Positions 1 to 11,402 of a DNA stretch of 64,000 nucleotides are shown here, one piece after another (within the stretch, counting starts at the first letter, position 1; each line of letters begins with the position of its first letter). A model generated the notes under the pieces. It ran no database searches, had not been told where the DNA came from, and saw only the letters and a program-made list of their open reading frames with translations. The DNA is from Paraspadella gotoi (Eukaryota > Animalia > Chaetognatha). The stretch is taken from NCBI GenBank assembly GCA_051294375.1, contig CM119264.1, positions 17,372,278 to 17,436,277 on the forward strand. The letters are read 5' to 3'. Made by a program: the position numbers and the translations under genes.

Positions 1-192
1 CGTCATCACATTTCGAACCGACGCATCGTTCGACCTTAAAACTTAAAACTTTTCGAAATATTGCATCTTAGAAATTTCAGGTTAATGAATTCGTGTTCAA
101 GATATTTTGTCTAGAATTGTAAAAAATGGCACGAAAACCAGAGGACCAAAAAGAAGAAAAGTGGCTCTGCGCAATGAAAAAAATATGCAAAA

Positions 193-200
193 CTCTCTCT

Positions 201-272
<72 letters not shown>

Positions 273-276
273 TCTC

Positions 277-309
<33 letters not shown>
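193..309. repeat. (CT)n microsatellite
   Basis: Directly visible; source of the spurious SL/ER-repeat ORFs. Confidence 0.97.
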
Positions 310-311
<2 letters not shown>

Positions 312-760
312 GACTCTGATTTTCCCGCGCCTTCTCCACCATGTGGAGATCATTTCGATCGCTGCACCTGAGGCGAAAGCGTTGCACGGCGTCGCGGATG
401 ACGGAGGAAAAGCCTCAGCGCTTTTCGAGGAAGATTAACTGAATCACTTGCTTTAGTAAATAAGAAGTAAGATTGAATTAACGTTTACCAAAAATTTATT
501 TTTTTAGATTCATGACGGTTTTATGTTTCTATAAATTATTACACATTATTTCAAATTATTACATCAATGAAAAATATTAATTTTCTTTGGTCGTCTGGCA
601 GTTGAAAGACGGCGAACGGCAAACTTTGCGCTCAGAGTGCCGACGAAAAACGGACAAAGGGACAAAAGGGGAAAATCCTTTTCAGTGATACAAACTTTCA
701 ATTAACTTTACTGCAACTTGCTATAGTAAATATAAAAGTGGATACCTCTGCATGTACGTC

Positions 761-983
761 ATGCCATTTTCCAAGATTATTACTTGTTGCTTGCTTTCCT
801 TCGTCATCGCAAGAATCGCGTCGCAGTCTCCATGGAAACCGGGTGAGTCTAAAGTCGACACCGAAAAAAATGTCTGGGCTTTTCGTGCAGTTGTTTTTTA
901 CGGAAGGTTTATGTTTACAACTGCTGGGTACATTTGGTACCCATTTTTAAAGGAATTGTATGGGCAAGAGAGAGAAAAAAGAG

Positions 984-1063
<80 letters not shown>

Positions 1064-2824
1064 AAAAGAGAGATATTATTCGCTTTTCTCTACCAAGGTT
1101 CTTGCCTGGGTCGATGTGGAACTTACCGCTTCGATAAACTCAATGACATCCGATGTCAATGTGACGAATTCTGTCGCCGCGAGAGTGACTGTTGTTCCGA
1201 CTTTGATCAGAGATGCCGCGGGATCGTCACCAACCTCACCCAAAGCGCGTGAGAAGAATATCACAAATTGTAAATTTTTACTGTTTTTCTAAGACGCTCA
1301 TTTTAAGAAATTCGTCCGAAAATATCAAATTATAAAGTTTTTTGTCCTTCCAATCATAATTTCGTTAGATAGATTTGATTGATATGAATAGAATGACAAT
1401 ATGCCATACTGCGTTAATTTTAAAATTTATAATAAATTTTTTTTACATAAATATTCATTAGTACAATGTTGTTCATTTCATAGTCCTCACTTTTTAGAAT
1501 TTTAATTAAAGTTGAATTTAGAATTTTTACAACGCGTTAATGTAGGACATTGTACGTATATGCATGTGTAAATGACAATAGAAAAAAATCCTTTCGCCTT
1601 CCCTTTTCAAAATCTCTCAGCATCCAGTGCGAGCCGTTTTACATCAGCGAGGAACACACTTTCGGAATTTACGTCGTCACGGATTGCAATCCCGAGTTCT
1701 ACTCGGGGGACGCGTCCCAAAGGCAGGAAACCTGGCGAGAAAATTCGCCGGGAGGCCGCGACGCCGAATTCCAAATTTCGCCCACCCTTCGCCGCCACGC
1801 CCAACGATGCGTCGACGCTTCTCGCCTCGTCCGCCTCTTTCATCTGGGCAAGTCTTTTCCGGCGAATCGACTGGTGGACGTCACGCCGGTGACGGAGCTA
1901 GTGGCCGGAGGAACGCGCGTTCGAGCTCATTATCGCAACGTACACTGCTACTTGTGCAACTTGCCGTCAGCGGACAGTCAGATCCGCTACTGGTCGGCAC
2001 AGATCGGGTTCCGTGGATATGAGGGGTTTTATCGGCCGGAGATGCCGCTGCCGGAGAGGAAGGTCGACAAAGAGGCGAGGCACGGTAATGAGGAGCTAAT
2101 TGATCACCAAAATCCTCATTTTAATAAATCATAACTTTATAATTATTTTCCCGCTCAGAACCAATGGTAGCTGCTGCATCCTTCAAGCCTCCTCCAGACT
2201 TTTTCCATTTGCCACCCTCGACGCCGGATTCCCGCTCCGGTCGACCTTGCTTCTTGTTCAAACACGTCTACGGATTTTGCCTCGGCAACGTCTCCACGAC
2301 CCTCGACGGACGGGAGAGTTGGTCGTCGGAGACGCGCATCTGCAAACGCATCGGCAGACCACCGGTGCTGATGGCCAACGTACAAGTGGCCGCTTGCATG
2401 CATCTACGGCATCGTCACAGGTGCGTTTGGGATGAAGGAGAAGTATGAATGTGATTGCCCACGCGGCTCCCTCAGCAGATTCGAATGTCGCGATCGATTC
2501 TCCCTCGATCTCTTGGAATTCGGCGGACATCGCCTCGCCCACCGATTTCCCTTCAATGTCGTCGTCGACGAACGGCTGGGATTTTATGTTCAGGATCTTC
2601 AGGACGGCTCCAGACACCATCAGTGCCTCGTTGAGGCTGTTCCATCGCCATTCGGTGACCAAACGTGCGAAGATCTGATGAAGACTGATAAGCGGATCGT
2701 GGAGCGGAATGGGGTCAGCTCGACGGCACGTTGGAGGGAAGCTTGGTTAGGCTCGCGTGGGTGGGATTGGGCAGTCTCCTATTTTGCTTGGAATGCCGTC
2801 TTTTTTATCACTTTTTTGAAGTAA
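761..2824 (+). CDS. Secreted or surface protein with N-terminal somatomedin-B (SMB) domain and Cys-rich ectodomain; 4 exons (761-842, 1098-1248, 1621-2084, 2159-2824), apparent 1-nt frameshift near 2430
   Basis: Signal-peptide-like exon (MPFSKIITCCLLSFVIARIAS). SMB motif SCLGRC...CQCDEFCRRESDCCSDFDQRC. GT-AG introns with matching phases (1,2,1). PVT...HYRNVHCYLCN motif in exon 3. ORFs 2164-2448 and 2432-2824 join if one base is removed near TGGGATG. Hydrophobic C-terminal tail. An in-frame ATG also lies at 752. Confidence 0.75.
968..1072. repeat. (AG)n microsatellite in intron 1 of the SMB gene
   Basis: Directly visible. Confidence 0.95.
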
Positions 2825-3749
2825 AATTTATCGTCAGCGGGTAGACAAATTTTCTCATTAGGGTCACAATTACCAATGATAATTTATAATCAAAAACATT
2901 TCGCCATTTTTTAAAAAAATTTTAACATTTATCGAAACGCACCAATGCATTTATTGTCGTTCAAAGATTTTTTTTACTTGAACCACTCTTCACAATACAC
3001 CGTTTTTCATGTATTAGCAATTATCATTAACTGTTTAACCTGTTGTCCTTTTTAGTGCGCTGCAGTTTTCCCCTCAGCCGTGACCGCCTTTTGACTAATT
3101 TTATATATTGTCGTTTTTACTTCCAATTCAGATTTATGCATTTCAATTCAATTTTTTACTGTCTGAGCTCTATTTAAAATTAGACTAATGACTCTACAGT
3201 CTGAAATATTTAACTTTTTTCCCTCAATTTTGTTTTTGGACCCCAGCCCAGTTTGTCAGTTTGTCTTATTCCCAGTTTCGATTTGACGATTCATGCGTAT
3301 CGACGTCACGGGATCGCGCGCAGCAATGATGACGCGTCAAAACGTCACGCATCAGGTCCCCTCAATGCCATCGAAAGCCTTACAGTGAAACTTACAATAC
3401 CGGACCATCAACGATAAGAATTTAAAATGATGTTAGAGGGAGAGAGAAAGAGCAAACGCGCGACCTTTACGTTACCATTAGCAACGCTCTTATACTCTCT
3501 CGGTCTATCGAAACATTTTTATTCCGTACCCCAACTAAACTTATTCTTCGACTTGAGGAGTTATTTTCAACTTTTAAACCTGATATTTTTCTCATAACCG
3601 TCGCGGCGCTGCATCCTCGAGACCGTAAAACGAGGCGTAATATTTTTCAGTGGGAAGGCGCTACATTTGTTTCTTGAAGTCGTTAGTCTGGTCTTTAACG
3701 CGTAAGAAGTAATTACGAGGAATCAGCCCGTTTCTTCTAGACATAAATC

Positions 3750-3753
<4 letters not shown>

Positions 3754-3826
<73 letters not shown>
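3754..3826. repeat. (CT)n microsatellite
   Basis: Directly visible. Confidence 0.97.
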
Positions 3827-3828
<2 letters not shown>

Positions 3829-5169
3829 TGTTTCATTCTTTCCACGTCTCGGACGAGACGTTCAGCACCTGACGTCACCTGAGTTGCACCTGTGAGATGA
3901 CGATATCGACGAAGACGATGTGCGATTTATGTTTTGAAATGAAAAAGACGAAGGAACGAATGAAAGGAGATGAAGCGATAATTCAAATGAAATGAAGCGA
4001 TGAATGCAATGAAATGAATAAATTTTAACATAAAGTAGGAATTTTTAAAAATTAAGATATTTAATGATGAAACGATTCGATGATTGAAATGAAATAATAC
4101 AACGAAAGAGAGAAATTAAAGGAACGGATGAGTATTGAGAATATAAATGAAATTAACAATAAAGCGGAATGATATAAGATGAAAAAATAGGAAGGACGAG
4201 AGAGAGCGAGAGGCAACACGAGGAGGAGGCAGGGTGGAAAGATGGCGGCCTGACATAAAAGGATGGACTTTGTCCAACTGATGAAATGGAAAGAACTGCT
4301 AGAGACGGGGATAAGAAGAAGGAGAAAGATTTAGAAGGATACAGATGAATAAAGAAAGAGAGAGAGAGAGAGGTCGGCTATTCATTGAAAATAGGGCAAT
4401 GAGGCATGGACAGTTGGACACAGACAGTTGGAAACAGACATAGACAACAAATTTCGACTATATATTCAAAAATAACCTCGCAAAATGGGTTTCTTTATAA
4501 TAAACAATCCTCGCAGAAATTCATATAATATTCAAATTACCATGAAAAAATGCTTTTCAGCTAATCCATCTCTATTTTGCTCGTAATGAAGTTAAATTAA
4601 GGAAATTATAAAAACGATTATTTTTTTATTGTAGAACGGGGGAAAAACTGGAAGCGAAAAGAAATGAAGAGAGATTAAGTCTGAAATCTCTGCTTGAAAT
4701 AGGAATGCAACAAAAATTTTCAAGAGAGGCCTATAATATAGTATAATATAATAATAATAATAATAACAATAATAATATAATAATAATAATATGATAATTA
4801 CTAAAATTTCCTAATGAGTGGAAATGGTAAACATAATAAAATGATGTCTTAAAAATGAGATTTCAAAGAGCACGTTGTCTCTCTGTGTCTTTATGATCCT
4901 GAGTTATCAAATACTAGCATTTCTGCGTTTGCTTTCGAAATTCGCTTTTGAACGTCTTCGTTGCAAAGCTTCGGCTTTTCCCGACTTAATTTCGTTGAAA
5001 TAATTCCGCGATCGTCGAAGAAATTTGTCTCCATCCGTCTGTCCGTGCGGTGAGATCCGGCCGCCTCGCCCGACTAGGCGCGGGGAGAAAAATATAGGAT
5101 AATAACTTAACTAAAACGACTTGAAGGATAAATGACCATTCTTTTCAAGAAAAATGAAGGAAAATAAAA

Positions 5170-5212
<43 letters not shown>

Positions 5213-6342
5213 ACATAGGTAAAAAATAAAGAAGGCGAGGTTAAGGAGGGAAAAAAAAAGGAAATGGAAAGGGAAATACGTTCTCCCCGTTAAACCCCGT
5301 CCTGATTGATGAAAGTCCGCGGCGACCTTCCGAGAGGCTTTTTCGCGGGTTTTCGCGAACCTCGAAGGCGAAATTCGTCAAAAGATAACAAGATTTTTCG
5401 GCAGGTGACAAGGATTTCTGTTCTTTTTGCGGGGCCATCGAGTCTTCGTGTGATTTGTCATTCGGGCGACGACGGACGCGGTTTTTGAAGAGCAGAACTC
5501 AACTCGAAGTGGATGAAGTCGCGCGTCGCTGCTGCCACAAAGAGTCATTTTTGACTTTGTCTCTTGAATGGGTTTTATCACGTGGGTTGTGTTCGAGCAA
5601 AGAGTAGAGGAAAGACGGATCTTTTTTCTTTTCGATGCTTGATGTATCGTTCGCCTCGACGACGATGTCAGAAAAGAAAATTATGTGAACGCACCTTGTC
5701 GCACCTTATTTATTTATTTATCCACCGGAAAAAAAGAGAGGCAGCTTTGACAGCTTTCGATGAAAGAGAAAGTCGTCGATAACATAATGTCGAAAGTGTT
5801 TTACAAGACGTTAAAGGGAAAACGAAGTTAGTCATACATTTCTCATTGTGATTTGATTAAAAATTAAAACTATTTGCTCAATGCTCATATCTCTCTCTCT
5901 CTCTCTCTCTCTCTCTGTCCTAAATTCAGCCTTTCATTTCAGTTTCCCTTTTATCGTCATTCCGCCAACGAATTTTTTTTAATCCCTGATTTACATTTCT
6001 AATTTTACATTCTATTTTTGATGGTTTTGATTTCGTTCATTTCCTTTTTTTATTTTGCTTTATCTTTCTCAGTCCAGTACAACTAAATCCGAATCAGGGC
6101 TCATGAGTCTCACAGCCCCTTTACCCTGTTTCCCCTCCTCATTGCCGAAAACTCTCTTCTCCCTTTAATCTTTTTAACCTCTCATCTCTTTATCCTCTCC
6201 CTTCACTCGGTTTTTTTTTAATGATTTTGTGACTTTGTGATTCATGAGTACGCATCGAGTTTAAACGCGGCGGAAAGCAGAGGGTGCGGCGGGGCTTAAG
6301 GTGAGTAGTCGCAATTCTCATGGAGCCTACCCTGCGAATGTA

Positions 6343-6900
6343 ATGAAAACAAGTTTTAGCAAACAATGTCGGATCTGCCTACGATAATTAAGCGGAAATA
6401 AGCTAATCCGATGATAAATCACGGTAATATTTTGTGACTTTCAATTTGTGATATTAACAGATCATAACAAATCGTAACATAACAAATCATAACAAACTTC
6501 TTAATAAATCTATCAATCATTACCATTAGCTGCGCCAATACCAACTAGCATAATTTAGTCAACTTGCATAATTTTGTAATTTTGAATAATTTTGTCAATT
6601 TGCATAATTAATCAACTGGCATAATTTGGTCAAATGGCATAATTTTCTCAACCGGCATAACTTGGTTAACTGGCATAAATTTATAAATTGACATAATTTA
6701 GTAAACTGGCATAATTAGATCAATCAATAAATAATTCAATAAATAAATTGATCAATAAGAAAGAAATAGAGAGAGAAACTTTTAAAAGTTTAAATAAATG
6801 TCTTTTGGTTTTATAATTTAAACTCTTTTCCACTCCTACGATTCCATCAAAAATTTATATCCAGCTTAATCACATATTTTCATACCCACACATAAAACTT
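6343..6900 (+). repeat. Left-arm fragments of a fold-back repeat family: 6343-6412 inverted to 11058-11128; 6819-6900 direct to 10133-10215
   Basis: AAACAAGTTTTAGCAAACAATGTCGGATCTGC...AGCGGAAATAAGCT is the imperfect reverse complement of 11058-11128. TTTCCACTCCTACGATTCCATC...CCCACACA recurs at 10141. Confidence 0.65.
6541..6724. repeat. Degenerate ~19-bp minisatellite (consensus near TCAACTGGCATAATTTGG), about 9 units
   Basis: Recurring GCATAATT core with TCAAC/TAAAC flanks at ~19-nt spacing. Confidence 0.8.
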
Positions 6901-7806
6901 CATTTCAATTTATTTATCCCATTTTTAATAAATAAAATGTTTCTGTGTTGGGCCGCGCGGCTCCCCTTCGCGTTTTGGATCGCAAAATGCAAGCATCTTC
7001 CCTGCGTTCCTGGATTGGCGGGCCTCGACCAATCTCAGTCGAGAATTGGGAGAAGATATTTTACCTTTTTTCCCGCGAATTTCACGCGTAGCCATCAAGG
7101 AAACGCGTTGGCCGGGGGTTTATTGAGACGCTCCGATCTTGCCCCCTGGACGGCCAACCGTTTTTAAAACATGCGTTTTACAATTGCATAATATTTTTAT
7201 TTTGATGAACGAATTTTTTATCCTGTTTTTATTTATGTTTTTATCCTGTTTTTACTAGTTTTCGTGCCTTTTATGTAATGCAATATACTACTAACGCTAA
7301 CCTTCAAATTCCTGGCCGAGATATTAGGTTTTTAGGCAGCAAGATCAAACATATTGTGGTCAACCGATATCTCTCCTCACTAAGAACACGCATGAACTCT
7401 TTCTCCCTCATTTCACTTACCATCGTTTCTTAGGTCATTGACCTTATTCACCAACTGGCTTAACCGTTTATCCTTTGTTATGAATTTAGACTTAGCATCT
7501 CCTGATATTTTCCTTCATTCACGTTTTGTCTCTTGTTGCGAATAAAATTATTCTGATCTGAACTAAGTCTTATCGGTTGCCACACGTGGTGAATTCCGAC
7601 GTTTAAAAAAAAAAATATACAAAAACTTTTGGCCCTTTTTCCTCTCCAATTAAAAAACAAATAACAAAAAACCTAAAAAAAAAATAATTCCGTCCATTCT
7701 CTCTAACAAAAAAAAAATATAAGAATCAAAAACTTTTACTCTAAAATTCAAACTGGCTACCGGCGAACTCACCCCGCAAGCTCGCGCACGTGTAAGACTC
7801 GCGAAC

Positions 7807-8925
7807 ATGACAATGTCTACACGCAATGTTGATCGCTCTGAAACACCATCAATTTCGTCAGCTGCTCCACCGAGCGAGGGCGGCGCCACCGGGCCGGCCA
7901 CTTCCGTCGCTCCCCGATCATTCAAAGACTTATTAGCAGCTCTGGACGCACTCACCAAAGAGGTGAGGAACCGCGTCGCTCTTGAAGACCCGGAGACCTC
8001 AGATAACGTTTTTGAAAACTCGGACTCGGGGGACACTTCCTCACGCGGGGGCCCCGCGCAAGCAGCCCCTCCTTCCACGCGACAAAGAACGCCTAAGCTC
8101 GCGCCTTTCGATGCCGATCACATAGAAGAGTGGCTTGGCCACGCCGACATCGCATTTCGGGTTGCCAACATCACGGATTCAGTCGACAAGGCCGCGCATA
8201 TACTCGCCGCCATCCCAGTTGAGAAGCACCGTCTCATTCCAGCGTCAATCCGCGACTCTTCTTCTGCGAATTCCTACACGCTTCTCCACTCTCACCTTAT
8301 AAAGATTTATGGTCCCAAAAAGAACCAGAAAGCCATGAAACTACTGAAGATGACATCCATGAAGGGAGCAACCCCCATCCAATTCCTGGAATCACTCCGG
8401 GCACAGGCCAGTAATCTTACTCTTGATCATGTCATTGCTGCTTTGCTTGAAACTGCTCTTCCATCAAGTGTTCGTGACCATGCCTGTAAAGATGGAAAAA
8501 GCCTAGATGCCATTGCTAAGGATGCAGAGGAATTTTACTTACCAACTGGTCAGCTCCGCACCTCTTCTCAGCCCACAGCCTCTGCAACAGTAAATGCCAT
8601 CAACACTATTGAAGATGAATTTCCAGACCCTCTTCCTCCTCCAGAAGAGTACGAAGATCCCATTGATGTACTCGACCCTGACACTCCATCATATGCCAAT
8701 GCTGTCCGCCGTCCACCACCCAGGCAGCCACAGCGCCCTCGCCCAAGTCTGCCAAGGACCCAACAACAACCACGGCGAGCACCAACATTTCGACGACGCC
8801 CACAAAAACCTCCACCAGGTGAACAAAAGTGCTACTATCATTACAACTATGGACGTGAAGCAATCCACTGTGAAGGTGCTTCTTGCCCAATGGCACCGCC
8901 AAAAGCCAACGCCGGCGGCCGATAG
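7807..8925 (+). CDS. gag: Gypsy Gag-like protein with C-terminal Cys/His knuckle
   Basis: 372-aa ORF. PKLAPFDADHIEEWLGHADIAFRVANITD resembles the N-terminal Gag block of invertebrate Gypsy elements. C-terminal CYYHYNYGREAIHCEGASC. Confidence 0.85.
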   Translation: MTMSTRNVDRSETPSISSAAPPSEGGATGPATSVAPRSFKDLLAALDALTKEVRNRVALEDPETSDNVFENSDSGDTSSRGGPAQAAPPSTRQRTPKLAPFDADHIEEWLGHADIAFRVANITDSVDKAAHILAAIPVEKHRLIPASIRDSSSANSYTLLHSHLIKIYGPKKNQKAMKLLKMTSMKGATPIQFLESLRAQASNLTLDHVIAALLETALPSSVRDHACKDGKSLDAIAKDAEEFYLPTGQLRTSSQPTASATVNAINTIEDEFPDPLPPPEEYEDPIDVLDPDTPSYANAVRRPPPRQPQRPRPSLPRTQQQPRRAPTFRRRPQKPPPGEQKCYYHYNYGREAIHCEGASCPMAPPKANAGGR

Positions 8926-10062
8926 TCGCACGTGTCGCCGGCCGCACTGATTCCAAATTGTTTTACGTACGCGACAATGACGCCGGCCTTGACTGGTTAG
9001 TCGATGGTGGGTCCGAGGCTACGCTACTCCCCGCCACCGACGCCGATCGCGCCGCCGCTGAAGCAGATCCTGCCGGCGTCAAGGCCTCGCTTACTGCCGC
9101 AAACTGCCCACCTTTACGCGCCGCAAATGACTCTCCTATCGCACTCTATGGTGTACGTGAGATGACAGTTCGCCTGGGGAAACGAGCTCTTCCTTACCTT
9201 GTTGCTATAGCTGATGTTGCAACACCCATACTAGGTGCAGACTTCCTCATGGAACACCACCTTGGTGTTGATCACCAGCGTCGCATTCTGCTTGATCTTG
9301 ACACATATTCAGTCATAGCCAGCCACGCACACGACGCCACTCTCACTGCGCCACCACCACGAGTTCTCCATGTTCGTGACGCGTACTCAGCACTCTTAGA
9401 TGAACGCCCTGAGCTTACCAAATTGGTGTTTAACACGTCTCCCCCAAAACATGGTGTAAAGCACCATATTCCAACCCAAGGCCCTCCAGTCCACGCCCGT
9501 GCACGCCGTCTTGCACCAGACCAGCTAGCTGCCGCCAAAGCTGAGTTTAAAAAAATGGAGGAGCTCGGCATAATACGCCGCTCCACATCTGCATGGGCCT
9601 CCCCTCTGCATGTAGTACGCAAACCTGATGGTTCACTACGCCCCTGCGGCGACTACAGGCGCTTAAACGCAGCTACAGTAGATGACCGCTACCCTATCCG
9701 TCATTTGATGGATTTTAACGCAGACATTGCTGGTAAGACCATCTTTTCAAAAATAGATCTGTGTAAAGGGTATCACCAGATCCCTGTGGCTGAGGCCGAT
9801 CGCCACAAGACGGCCATTATCACACCATTTGGACTGTGGGAGTTCCTGTTCATGCCATTTGGGCTTAAAAATGCTGGACAGGACTTCCAGAGAATGATGG
9901 ACCAGGTCCTTAATGGTATCCCACATGTATTTGTGTACCTAGACGACCTTCTTGTGGCATCCAGCTCACACGAAGAGCACCTAATGGACTTGCAACGTGT
10001 GTTCAATGCTCTTGCAGACAATGGGCTCATTGTTAACAGAACTAAATGTGTCTTTGGTTGCC
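8883..10062 (+). pseudogene. pol: Gypsy Pol fragment: retropepsin plus reverse transcriptase, truncated
   Basis: Protease LVDGGS and ILGADFL. RT motifs WASPLHVVRKPDGSLRPCGDYRRLN, FSKIDLCKGYHQI, MPFGLKNAGQDFQR, YLDDLL. Frame is -1 relative to gag. Confidence 0.92.
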
Positions 10063-10132
10063 ACAATATAATAATTATGAGTAAATATAAATAAAAAAGA
10101 TGTTAAGTAAATGTGAAGTTGTTTTTTTCATT

Positions 10133-10872
10133 TAATCTCATTTCCACTCGCACGATTCCATCGACACTTTATATCCAACTCAAACACACACTTTCCTTCC
10201 CACACACAAAATTTTATTCCAATCCATCCATCCAATCACGAGTAATTGGGGGGACGGACGGAGGGACATTTTTTTTTGCATACTTTAGCATAATACGAGT
10301 TTCTGATATGATAAAAAATATTTACCGACAAGATTTTTGGGTGGGACTGATGGACAGAAAGTGAATTATAGTCGGAATCTGCTAATAAGCAGATCCAACT
10401 AAAAATCACTTGTTACCAATCTTTCCTATCCTTTACTAATCTTGAATGCCCAATTTAAAAGTCAAGAGATATTTACCTTTAACTTGTTTACCATAAATTT
10501 ATGAATTCTAAACAACCGTACATTAATTATTTACAGTTATGCATCATTTATTCCTAACGTAAGGAGAGAACCTAATTTTTTTTTGCCAGATCTGCTTACA
10601 GCAGATTCCGGCTCAATAATTCACTTTGGCGGTTCGTCAGTCCGGCCCCCAATCTTGTCAGGCATTCACTGACATGTCAGAACATCGAATTATGATAAAA
10701 TATGCAAAAAAAATTATATCCGTCCATCCATCCGTCCCACCTTAGCAAAAAAACACCAATTACTCGTGATTGGATGGATGGATTTGAAAGAAATTTTGTG
10801 TGTGGGTAGGAAAGTGTGTGATTGAGCTGGAAATCAAGTTTCAATGGAATTGTCCGAGTGTAAACGAGTTTA
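10133..10872. mobile_element. Fold-back or MITE-like palindromic element; ~270-bp imperfect arms (10133-10396 and 10588-10872)
   Basis: AATCCATCCATCCAATCACGAGTAATTGG at ~10221 pairs with CCAATTACTCGTGATTGGATGGATGGATT at ~10756. CGGAATCTGCT..AAGCAGATC pairs with GATCTGCTT..AGCAGATTCCG. Arm fragments recur at ~15108-15190, ~21748-21830 and ~63212-63290. Confidence 0.8.
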
Positions 10873-11165
10873 TTATACTATTTAATTATGCTTTTTTTAA
10901 TTTTTTATAATAAATTTAAATTCAAGTTGCATTATCAATTATTAATAAATAGGTAATATTTATTTGTACTTAATTAATTTTATGATCGAGATTGTTGTTT
11001 TGTGGTTGAGGCCAGACCAAGTGGAATACGATTTTGACACTAATAAAAAAAATAATTATCTGATCAGCTGCTTACCGCTAATGATTGTGAGCAGATCCGG
11101 CATTGTTTGCTCAAACTTGTTTATTGATATACATATATAATAGAATGCTTTAATTAATAAAAATT

Positions 11166-11320
11166 ATTAACAAAGTTTGAAATTTTTATTGCATCAACGA
11201 TTTGTTTTTTAATAGTACGGACATGTTTCGACTCTTTAATTGCGAGTCTTCGTCAGCGCAAAACAGTTATATACCTCATAACAAATCGTTGATGCAATAA
11301 AAATTTCAAACTTTGTTAAT
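11166..11320. repeat. Perfect 41-bp inverted repeat (11166-11206 and 11280-11320) enclosing the hammerhead
   Basis: ATTAACAAAGTTTGAAATTTTTATTGCATCAACGATTTGTT and its exact reverse complement. Confidence 0.95.
11216..11260 (-). ncRNA. Minimal type I hammerhead ribozyme (Penelope-like element type)
   Basis: Minus strand reads UGCG CUGACGA A GACUC-GCAAUUAAA-GAGUC GAAA CAUG UC CGUA: intact core, 5-bp stem II, short palindromic stem III, GUC cleavage triplet, 4-bp stem I. Followed by AATAAA. Confidence 0.85.
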
Positions 11321-11402
11321 CCTGAAACTCAACGAAAAAGAAAGGAATATTACAATAAAAATTATTTTAATATTATATAAACTTTTTTTTAATCTATGAA
11401 TT

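Larger units (their letters stand above)
7807..10062 (+). mobile_element. Ty3/Gypsy LTR retrotransposon, 3'-truncated (gag, protease, RT; no RNase H or integrase)
   Basis: Overlapping gag and pol ORFs, abrupt GC rise, RT motifs; coding ends just after KCVFG. Confidence 0.95.

Noticed and set aside
77-371. ORFs made of ER/SL repeats, here and at many later sites
   Set aside because: Translations of (AG)n/(CT)n microsatellites or poly-purine/pyrimidine tracts with no protein-family signal.
589-614. GGTCGTCTGGCAGTTGAAAGACGGCG resembling the SINE body
   Set aside because: Only about 15 matching bases; too short to call.
7745-7775. Possible PBS (CA-AAC-TGGCTACCGGCG) and 5' LTR for the Gypsy element
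   Set aside because: No match to a tRNA 3' end I can recall, and no second LTR to compare.
7650-10066. Antisense ORFs over gag-pol, and likewise over SARAF exon 3
   Set aside because: Shadow frames of GC-rich coding sequence.
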